Positions 38,766-46,759 of a stretch of DNA of 64,000 nt are shown in pieces; the stretch's first letter is position 1, and each line of letters starts with the position of its first letter. The stretch is from Crocinitomicaceae bacterium (GTDB lineage Bacteria > Bacteroidota > Bacteroidia > Flavobacteriales_D > CAJJDF01). A program made the position numbers and the translations under genes. The notes under the pieces are model-generated. The model made no database searches. It was given only the letters and a program-made list of their open reading frames with translations, and was not told where the DNA came from. Where the stretch lies: assembly GCA_024639505.1 (NCBI GenBank), contig JAHEIE010000019.1, positions 4,056 through 68,055 on the forward strand, given 5' to 3'.

Positions 38766-40196
38766 TTAGGACAGATTTAGCTTTTTATCTAAATCCGTTA
38801 TATATTTTCTAAAGTGCTTATCTGTATCTTGTAGATTATTTACCGTTTTACAAGCATGTAGAACGGTAGCGTGATCTTTTCCTCCGCACTGCATTCCGAT
38901 ACTCGCCAACGATGATTTTGTCAGTTTTTTGGAAAAATACATAGAGATTTGTCTCGCTTGTACTATTTCTCTTTTTCTTGTTTTAGATTTCATTAGCTCT
39001 ACTGGCATATTAAAATAATCAGAAACTACTTTTTGGATGTAGTCAATAGAAACTTCTCTAGCAGTGTTCTTCACAAATTTATCTATCATTTGCTTAGCAA
39101 GATCAAGAGTCACAGCCTTTTTATTCAATGAAGATTGCGCTATCAATGATATCAATGCTCCTTCAAGCTCTCTTACATTTGTCGTTATGCTGTATGCTAA
39201 ATATTCAATCACATCTTCAGGAAGCTCTATACCATCTTGGTACATCTTTTTCTTCAAAATAGCGATTCTTGTTTCCAAGTCTGGCGATTGCAAATCTGCA
39301 GATAATCCCCACTTGAATCTCGAAAGCAATCTCTGCTCAACTCCTTGCATATCTACAGGGGCTTTGTCCGATGTTAGGATAATTTGTTTTCCTGTTTGAT
39401 GTAAGTGATTAAATATATGGAAGAAGACATCCTGAGTTTTTTCCTTTCCAGCCAAAAATTGAATGTCATCAATAATCAACACATCTATCATTTGATAGAA
39501 ATGGATAAAATCGTTTGTTTCGTTGTTTTTTACAGCATCAATAAATTGGTGCGTAAATCTTTCTGAAGAAACATACAAGACTATTTTTTCAGGATTGTTG
39601 TTTTTAATTTCAATTCCTATAGAATGTGCCAAGTGTGTTTTCCCTAATCCAACTCCTCCATAAAGCAACAATGGATTAAATGAAGTACCTCCTGGCTTAC
39701 TCGCCACTGCATATCCTGCAGATCTTGCCAGTCGATTACATTCTCCTTCTATGAAATTTTCAAATGTGTACGAAGAGTTAAGGTTTGCGTCTACGTTTAT
39801 TTTTTTCAAACCAGGAATCACAAATGGATTTCTGATTGTGCTTTTGTTCACGTTCAATGGAACATTTATAGACTTATTCTTAAGTGAATTATTTGTTTTG
39901 GCAGGAAAATTAACTGTGTAAGGTTTAGCATTCTTTTGATTCTTATCCATCACAATGCTATACTCCAATCTTCCTTCTGGTCCAATTACTCTTTTTATTG
40001 TTTTCTTCAGTAAAGAGATGTAATGCTCTTCCAACCATTCGTAAAAAAAGTGTGTTGGAACTTGAATCGTTAAAACGTCACTTTTTAATTTTACTGGCAC
40101 TATTGGTTCAAACCAAGTTTTATATCCTTGTAGACTAATATTGTCTTTGATCACACTCAGACAATTTTCCCAAATAGTTACATGGTTTTTTTTCAT
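38766..40196 (-). CDS. dnaA: Chromosomal replication initiator protein DnaA
   Basis: Walker A GGVGLGKTHL, box VII, and a C-terminal DNA-binding helix (GGKDHATVLHACK). Confidence 0.95.
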   Translation of the reverse strand: MKKNHVTIWENCLSVIKDNISLQGYKTWFEPIVPVKLKSDVLTIQVPTHFFYEWLEEHYISLLKKTIKRVIGPEGRLEYSIVMDKNQKNAKPYTVNFPAKTNNSLKNKSINVPLNVNKSTIRNPFVIPGLKKINVDANLNSSYTFENFIEGECNRLARSAGYAVASKPGGTSFNPLLLYGGVGLGKTHLAHSIGIEIKNNNPEKIVLYVSSERFTHQFIDAVKNNETNDFIHFYQMIDVLIIDDIQFLAGKEKTQDVFFHIFNHLHQTGKQIILTSDKAPVDMQGVEQRLLSRFKWGLSADLQSPDLETRIAILKKKMYQDGIELPEDVIEYLAYSITTNVRELEGALISLIAQSSLNKKAVTLDLAKQMIDKFVKNTAREVSIDYIQKVVSDYFNMPVELMKSKTRKREIVQARQISMYFSKKLTKSSLASIGMQCGGKDHATVLHACKTVNNLQDTDKHFRKYITDLDKKLNLS

Positions 40197-40404
40197 AGTA
40201 TATATTCCTCTAAAAAAGTTATTGTTTAATCTAAAAAAGTTGTCTCAGATAAGAGAAAAACGAATCAACAAAGCAGATGCTAAATTGTGTTTTTCTTGGG
40301 ATAGAAAAACACCCCTCTTAAGACTCAACAAATATTGACAAAAAAAAGTTTAAAACAAAATCAAATTGCTATTGCGTAGTAACTTTTTTTTTAGGGTGCT
40401 CGAA

Positions 40405-41337
40405 TTATTTCACCTCAATAAATCCTTTTTCCTTTTTATTCAAATTTAGTCTTTTTTTTGTCAACTTGCTCACATACAAATCAACTTTTCCTAAATTTAT
40501 TCCTGCCCATCCCACTTGATTAACCAACACCTCTTTTCCCTTGCTATTCCTGACGAATTCAGCGTTTTCCATAAAAGTATGAGTATGTCCTCCAAGTATC
40601 AAATCGATACCCGAAGTGGCCTTAGCTAATTTCAAATCACTCACCTTTTCACTGTCGTAACTATACCCTAAATGCGACAGGCAAATCACTACATCGCACT
40701 GTTGTTCATGTCGTAGAATTGTAGTGATTTCGTTTGCAACCATAATTGGATTTTTATAAACAGTTTTCCCAAATAACTTTTTTCCAACCAAGCCATCCAG
40801 TTCAATTCCCAATCCAAAAACGCCTATTTTTACCCCTTCTTTTTTGAAAATTTTATAGGGTAAAGTATGATTATTCAAAATTGTTTCTGAAAAATCATAA
40901 TTACTACAAACAAATGGAAAGTTTGCATGCTTCTTTACAGACAAAAACCCATCCATACCATTATCAAAATCATGATTACCCATCGTAGCGGCATCATACC
41001 CCATTTTACTCATCAGTTTCAACTCCAATTCTCCGCCATACAAGTTAAAATAAGGGGTCCCCTGAAAGATATCACCACAATCAAACAGCAATGTGTTTGG
41101 ATTTTCTTTTCGGTGCTTCTGAATCATATTATAACGATTTTGAGCACCACCTTTACCTGCATACCTTTTGTGATTATCAGGAAATGGATCTACGTGACTA
41201 TGAACATCATTTGTATGAAGAATGCTGATTTTTACAACTTCTCCACTCCCCACCATCTCATTCGCCAAAGACTGAGTAAATGGTGCAATACCTGCTACAA
41301 ACAATGATTTCTGTAAAAATTTTCGTCTAGTCAACAT
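40405..41337 (-). CDS. Metallophosphoesterase (5'-nucleotidase catalytic N-domain) with a Tat-type signal
   Basis: MLTRRKFLQKS twin-Arg leader, plus HTNDVHSH, DCGDIFQGT, GNHDFD and GGHTH metallophosphatase motifs. Confidence 0.8.
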   Translation of the reverse strand: MLTRRKFLQKSLFVAGIAPFTQSLANEMVGSGEVVKISILHTNDVHSHVDPFPDNHKRYAGKGGAQNRYNMIQKHRKENPNTLLFDCGDIFQGTPYFNLYGGELELKLMSKMGYDAATMGNHDFDNGMDGFLSVKKHANFPFVCSNYDFSETILNNHTLPYKIFKKEGVKIGVFGLGIELDGLVGKKLFGKTVYKNPIMVANEITTILRHEQQCDVVICLSHLGYSYDSEKVSDLKLAKATSGIDLILGGHTHTFMENAEFVRNSKGKEVLVNQVGWAGINLGKVDLYVSKLTKKRLNLNKKEKGFIEVK

Positions 41338-42100
41338 ACCTTATTCTTTTATCGAGATTTGCTTTTACTTTCAAACCTTTTTTATTCAAACTTTCTACCT
41401 CCTGAAGTATAGCATCTCTCAATTTCATATCCAATTTTTCGTAATTTATAGGATTTAAAAAGAAACTCATGTTGTCTCCACCATTTGCCAAATAATCAGT
41501 GGTAATCACTTTGTAAGACCTTCCTCTCAATCTAACTGAATCTACCAGAACTTCGATTGGGGTTTGCCCCATCAGTTCTACCAAAACATTCCCTGAAACG
41601 GGAACTCCTTGCTTTCTGTTTCCATCTTTCACTGTTTTAGCTCCAATGTAATTAAAAAGCTCTACGGTTTTTTCTATAGAAAGTGTCACCACGACCAACT
41701 CATTTTCAAATGGCATAATCTCAAACACCTTGCCAGTTGTAATAGCTCCGACCGGCATAAAAGTCCTAAAACCACCATTGTTCAATAAAGCAAAGTCGGC
41801 TGTATCACTCAAATCACTTGCGTATTTTTCGTTTCCAATACTCAAACACAAATCAGCAATAAAGTTACCCAATTTTCCCTCGGGACTTCCTGTGGAAAGC
41901 TCTTCTTCGGAATAACCAATCACTCCGTTCATTGTTTTTTCCAGGCTATCTTTATAAGGAACAATAATTTTGACTAATTCAGAATTCTTGGATTCTGTTT
42001 GCACCACTGCATTGTTCTCACTTTGCTGGTTAGTAATCACGTAAGTTTTACAACCCAAAAGAAAAACAACAACAAAACCGAGATAGAAGTTACTCTTCAT
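41327..42100 (-). CDS. 5'-nucleotidase C-terminal (substrate-binding) domain lipoprotein
   Basis: Lipobox VVFLLGCKT. NNGGFR, FEIMPFENELV and TTDYLANGGD match the 5_nucleotid_C domain. Confidence 0.75.
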   Translation of the reverse strand: MKSNFYLGFVVVFLLGCKTYVITNQQSENNAVVQTESKNSELVKIIVPYKDSLEKTMNGVIGYSEEELSTGSPEGKLGNFIADLCLSIGNEKYASDLSDTADFALLNNGGFRTFMPVGAITTGKVFEIMPFENELVVVTLSIEKTVELFNYIGAKTVKDGNRKQGVPVSGNVLVELMGQTPIEVLVDSVRLRGRSYKVITTDYLANGGDNMSFFLNPINYEKLDMKLRDAILQEVESLNKKGLKVKANLDKRIRYVD

Positions 42101-42103
42101 TAT

Positions 42104-44077
42104 TTAGTATTTCATTGTTTCCATAAGTGTTTGCTGCAACTCTTCCAGCGGGAAAAAATTCTGTTCCAATTCTGCTGCAAATGGAACTGGCGTATCCAAA
42201 CTACCCAATCTTTTCACTGGAGCGTCCAGACTTTCAAAACAATTCTCATTAACAAGAGTTGCAATTTCTGCACCTACACCTCCAGTTGTATTCGCTTCGT
42301 GCAATACGATTACACGATTGGTTTTATTCACAGATGAATAAATGGTTTCTGTATCGAGCGGACTCAAAGTTCTTAAATCAACTATTTCTATGGAAACATC
42401 GGGATTGTTTTCTTGTAAATCCTTTGCCCAATGAACACCTAAACCATAAGTTATGATAGAAACATCAGTCCCTTGTTTTACTACATTTGCTTTTCCAATT
42501 TCGATTGTATAATACTCCTCTTCCACCTCTTCCGAAATAGAACGATACAATCCTTTGTGTTCAAAAAACAAAACTGGATTTGGATCTTCAAAAGCTGCAA
42601 TCAACAATCCTTTTGCCTCTCGAGGCGAAGAAGGATATACAATTTTGAGTCCCGGAGTGTGAAAAAACCAACCTTCGGTACTTTGCGAATGAAAAGGCCC
42701 TGCAGCCACTCCTGCACCAGTAGGCATTCGAACAACAACATCAGCATTTTGACCCCATCGGTAATGAATTTTTGCCAAATTATTTACAATCTGATTAAAC
42801 CCTACAGTAACAAAATCGGAGAATTGCATCTCCATCATTGCCTTAAATCCGTTAATCGAAAGCCCCAAAGCAGCTCCAACTATTGCCGATTCGCATAGCG
42901 GAGTGTTTCTAACTCTCTCTTCTCCAAATTCATTTAAAAATCCTTCTGTCACCTTAAACACACCTCCGTAGTCAGCAATATCCTGACCCATCAACACCAA
43001 ATTATCGTGTTTTCTCATCGCCAACCTCAACCCATCAGAAATTGCATCAATCAATCTCATTTCTTTTTTAATTCCAACTGGCAATGTTTCTTTGTAAGAA
43101 TACGGAGCAAACATATCAGCCAACTCTGTGGCAGTATTCGGGACAATTTTTTCCGTTTCGGTTGCACGCTTAAAACCTTCTGCAACTTCTTTTGTAATTT
43201 CTTTCTTCCAGGTTTTAATTGTTTCGGAATCAATAATTTTGTTCTCCAACAAATAGGCTTCATAATTAGAAACAGGATCTTTTTCTTCCCATTTTTCAAT
43301 CAATCCATCTGGATAATATTTTGTACCAGAAGCTTCTTCGTGACCTCTTCTTCTGAAAGTCATACACTCTACCAAAACAGGCCTTGGGTTTTCACTGATA
43401 TCCTTTTTTATTTTAGAAATCCCTTCGTAAACCTCAATAATATTATTCCCATCCAACTGGATTGCTTCCATTCCGTAGCCTATTCCTTTGTCTATAAATT
43501 GCTTACATGCAAATTGCTGATTAGAAGGAGTAGACAATCCCCATTGATTATTTTCAATAACAAAAATCACTGGTAACTTCCATACAGCAGCCACATTCAG
43601 AGCTTCGTGAAAATCTCCCTCACTCGCACCTCCATCTCCCGAGAAAACTAAGGTTGCTTTTTTGTTTTTCTTAATTAAATTACCCAAAGCAATTCCATCA
43701 GCAATGCCTAGCTGAGGACCCAAATGAGAAATCATCCCGACCAAATTATGTGCGATGGAACCAAAATGAAAAGAACGGTCTCTTCCCTTTGTAAACCCCC
43801 CATTTTTTCCCTGAAATTGCAAGAACAATTGTTCGAACTCGATTTGTCTTGCGGTAAACACTCCTAAATTTCTGTGCATTGGCAAAATGAATTCATCCTC
43901 TTCCATAGCCTTGGCGCAGCCCACAGAAATCGCTTCCTGTCCGATTCCTGAAAACCACTTAGAAATTTTTCCTTGACGGAGATAAATCAGCATCTTTTCC
44001 TCAATCATTCGAGGAGTAATCAGCGACTTATATAACTCCAATTGAGTTTCATTTGACAAACTATTCTTAAATTCCAT
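42104..44077 (-). CDS. Fused alpha/beta E1 component of a 2-oxoacid (branched-chain-type) dehydrogenase, TPP-dependent
   Basis: The alpha part carries GDGGASEGDFHEALN (TPP motif) and the beta part carries EMQFSDF...PTGAGVAAGPFHSQS. ATG 44077 (MEFKNSL) is preferred; the track start 44281 overlaps the divergent gene. Confidence 0.8.
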   Translation of the reverse strand: MEFKNSLSNETQLELYKSLITPRMIEEKMLIYLRQGKISKWFSGIGQEAISVGCAKAMEEDEFILPMHRNLGVFTARQIEFEQLFLQFQGKNGGFTKGRDRSFHFGSIAHNLVGMISHLGPQLGIADGIALGNLIKKNKKATLVFSGDGGASEGDFHEALNVAAVWKLPVIFVIENNQWGLSTPSNQQFACKQFIDKGIGYGMEAIQLDGNNIIEVYEGISKIKKDISENPRPVLVECMTFRRRGHEEASGTKYYPDGLIEKWEEKDPVSNYEAYLLENKIIDSETIKTWKKEITKEVAEGFKRATETEKIVPNTATELADMFAPYSYKETLPVGIKKEMRLIDAISDGLRLAMRKHDNLVLMGQDIADYGGVFKVTEGFLNEFGEERVRNTPLCESAIVGAALGLSINGFKAMMEMQFSDFVTVGFNQIVNNLAKIHYRWGQNADVVVRMPTGAGVAAGPFHSQSTEGWFFHTPGLKIVYPSSPREAKGLLIAAFEDPNPVLFFEHKGLYRSISEEVEEEYYTIEIGKANVVKQGTDVSIITYGLGVHWAKDLQENNPDVSIEIVDLRTLSPLDTETIYSSVNKTNRVIVLHEANTTGGVGAEIATLVNENCFESLDAPVKRLGSLDTPVPFAAELEQNFFPLEELQQTLMETMKY

Positions 44078-44194
44078 ACAATGTTTAATAATTATCAAAG
44101 TTAAAAGGCTTTGTGAAAAAAGGCGATTAATTGGGAGAAAATATTGCCTCGTTTTTGTAGATTCTTGTACTTTTAATTGAAAGGAAGTTAAATC

Positions 44195-44539
44195 ATGACA
44201 CAAATAGAAGAATTTTACGATTCCCAGCCAGAACCAAACAGAAGCTGTTTCCTGTTTTTGAAACAATTCATCCTGAATCAAAGCGAATTGATGGAGGAAA
44301 AATGGAAATGGAAACTCCCTTTTTTTTACTACAACAAAAAACCATTTTGTTATCTTTGGGTAAATAAAAAAACCAAACTACCTTATGTTTGTTTTGTAAA
44401 AAGTCTTCATATCGACCGACCTGAATTGTTATTGGAAGGAAGAAAACAAATGAAGGCATATACGATTGACCCAAACCAAGACATAAACATCGATTTATTA
44501 ACCTTTATAATTAAGGAGTCTTTGTCGAAATTCGACTGA
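44195..44539 (+). CDS. DUF1801 (YdhG-like) domain protein
   Basis: Size and the KWKLPFFYYNKKPFCYL pattern; tentative. Confidence 0.5.
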   Translation: MTQIEEFYDSQPEPNRSCFLFLKQFILNQSELMEEKWKWKLPFFYYNKKPFCYLWVNKKTKLPYVCFVKSLHIDRPELLLEGRKQMKAYTIDPNQDINIDLLTFIIKESLSKFD

Positions 44540-44567
44540 AGCTCCAAAACATTAACTCAGATTACTA

Positions 44568-46124
44568 TTGAAAACATCAGTTCATAAAATACCTTTCAAG
44601 AAAATAAAATTGCTTTCGACAACGGCAATGGATTATTTGTACAACACAAATAAGTTTAGCGAATTTATAGAACTACAGCCAACTTTTGAAAACTTTGAAA
44701 AATCAATAGAAAAGAGAAAAGAGATGAACCGAACAGTTCTGGTTTCTGAATTAGAAAAACAGAATTTGAACTCAAACAAGAAGAGTATAGCTAACATTGA
44801 ATTATTAAAAGAAAAAAACACTTTTACAATTACCACTGGGCATCAAATTTGTTTATTTACTGGTCCATTGTACTCGTTGTACAAAATCATTTCTACCCTC
44901 AATCTTTCTCAAGAATTAGCAAAAAAGCATCCTTCTTATAATTTTGTTCCTGTTTTTTGGATGGCAACAGAAGACCATGATTTTGAAGAGATAAACCATC
45001 TCTTTTTGGACGATAAAAAAGTGAGCTGGAATTCTCATCAAAAAGGGCCAGTGGGCAGATTTTCGACTTCGGATATGGCTTCGTTTCTAGATGAAGTAAA
45101 GTCAATGAATCAGAGCGACTTGACTAGAAAACTATGTGGATTCTACGAAAACTCCAATACCTTAGCCGAAGCACATCGCAAAGTCGTAGATTGTTTGTTT
45201 GGCGATTACGGACTTGTTATTCTTGACGCAGATTCCAGAGAATTAAAAAAAGAAATGATTCCGATTTTTACTAAAGAATTGACAGAAAGAGGATCGGAAG
45301 AAAAAGTAAATCAATTGAGCGAAACATTGGTTGAAAAAGGATACAAAAAACAAGTGAATCCAAGAGAAATCAATTTGTTTTACCAGGAGAATGGATTGAG
45401 AGAAAGAATAGTTTTTGAAGAAAACAAATATAAAATCTTAAACACTAATAAGGAATTTACCGAAAAAGAAATTCTTGATGTTCTGAATGTATTTCCTGAA
45501 AGATTTAGTCCTAATGTAGTTTTGAGACCTATCTATCAAGAAAAAATATTACCAAACCTAGGTTATATTGGAGGTCCGGGAGAATTAGCTTATTGGCTTC
45601 AATTAAAAAATGCTTTTCAATTCTATGAAGTAAATTTCCCTGTGTTGGTTTTGAGGAATTCTGCTGTTTTGATTCCTTCTCATATTTCGAAAAAAATAGC
45701 CGAACTTCCGTTTTCGCTCTCTGAGTATTTCGAAAAACAGGACAAACTGATTGCATTGTACCTAGAAAAGAATACCGAGATTGATTTTGAAACAGAAATT
45801 AATGAAATAGAAAAGTTATTTACTTTAGCAAAGGAAAAAGCTTCGATGATAGATTTTACGCTAGAAAAAACTGTGATTGCCGAACTAAAAAGAGCTCAAA
45901 ACTCGTTTAAAAAAATTGAAAAAAAAGTTCTGAAAGCTGAGAAAAAAAATCATTCTGTGGCGCTAAATAGAATCCAAAAAATTAAAGACTCCTTTTTTCC
46001 TGGCGGAACTTTTCAAGAACGAAAAAGCAATATCATCTGTTTTTACGAGGAAGATATAATCAAAAAAATCACCCACAATTTGATAAGCTTGGAAGATAAT
46101 CTTACCTTGATTGAACTAAACTAA
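44568..46124 (+). CDS. bshC: Bacillithiol biosynthesis cysteine-adding enzyme BshC
   Basis: About 520 aa, with the TTGHQICLFTGPLYSLYKI block, GGPGELAYW, and a coiled-coil C-terminus typical of BshC. Confidence 0.8.
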   Translation: MKTSVHKIPFKKIKLLSTTAMDYLYNTNKFSEFIELQPTFENFEKSIEKRKEMNRTVLVSELEKQNLNSNKKSIANIELLKEKNTFTITTGHQICLFTGPLYSLYKIISTLNLSQELAKKHPSYNFVPVFWMATEDHDFEEINHLFLDDKKVSWNSHQKGPVGRFSTSDMASFLDEVKSMNQSDLTRKLCGFYENSNTLAEAHRKVVDCLFGDYGLVILDADSRELKKEMIPIFTKELTERGSEEKVNQLSETLVEKGYKKQVNPREINLFYQENGLRERIVFEENKYKILNTNKEFTEKEILDVLNVFPERFSPNVVLRPIYQEKILPNLGYIGGPGELAYWLQLKNAFQFYEVNFPVLVLRNSAVLIPSHISKKIAELPFSLSEYFEKQDKLIALYLEKNTEIDFETEINEIEKLFTLAKEKASMIDFTLEKTVIAELKRAQNSFKKIEKKVLKAEKKNHSVALNRIQKIKDSFFPGGTFQERKSNIICFYEEDIIKKITHNLISLEDNLTLIELN

Positions 46125-46135
46125 TTACAGAATTC

Positions 46136-46684
46136 GTGCGCACAAATAAACTGTTACTGAAATACATTGAACTGTCAGATCTAAAAGAAAAACTACTTCT
46201 TTCTATTTCCAATTACTCTCAAGAAGAATTGAACTACAAACCCAATGAAAAAGAATGGTGTATCGCGCAAGTGGTAGAACATTTAATTGATTCGGAAACA
46301 GGAATAAACAAGTATATAAACTTCAGATTAAAAAACATTCACGAGCAGCCATCAGTGGGTTTAAAAAACTTTTTGAAAAGCAAAGTGCTAAACAATAGAA
46401 TGCAATCCAACCAAAAATTCAAAGTGCCTTCAGTTCTCTCGGAACCAGAAAAAGGTGCGGATTACACAACATTGAAAGAAAAATGGGATGGATCACGAAT
46501 GTTCTTAATTAAAACGGTTGAAACTTTTCCAAAGGAACAACTGAGCAAAGCAGTCTTTTTGCATCCAAAAGCTGGACTATTAAGCATGAATCAAACTTTG
46601 TCGTTTCTGATTAATCATCTCAAACATCATATCCCCCAAGTAAACAACTTAAAAACCGTATTGGATAATAAACCAAAAAGGTAA
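46136..46684 (+). CDS. DinB-family four-helix-bundle protein
   Basis: WCIAQVVEHLIDSE and a C-terminal HLKHH metal-ligand pattern. GTG start 11 nt after bshC. Confidence 0.65.
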   Translation: MRTNKLLLKYIELSDLKEKLLLSISNYSQEELNYKPNEKEWCIAQVVEHLIDSETGINKYINFRLKNIHEQPSVGLKNFLKSKVLNNRMQSNQKFKVPSVLSEPEKGADYTTLKEKWDGSRMFLIKTVETFPKEQLSKAVFLHPKAGLLSMNQTLSFLINHLKHHIPQVNNLKTVLDNKPKR

Positions 46685-46759
46685 CCGTTCTACTCTGTCT
46701 TTCAAAGAAATTGAAAGAACCTAATTAATACTTCGTACTATTTAGTACTTTTGATTTCG

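Noticed and set aside
43007-43576. 189-aa plus-strand ORF
   Set aside because: It is antisense to the fused E1 alpha/beta gene, has no recognisable motifs, and has shadow-ORF composition.
44078-44281. N-terminal 68-aa extension of the E1 gene in the ORF track
   Set aside because: The extension overlaps the divergent DUF1801 gene and has no homology-like features. The conserved sequence begins at MEFKNSL (ATG 44077).
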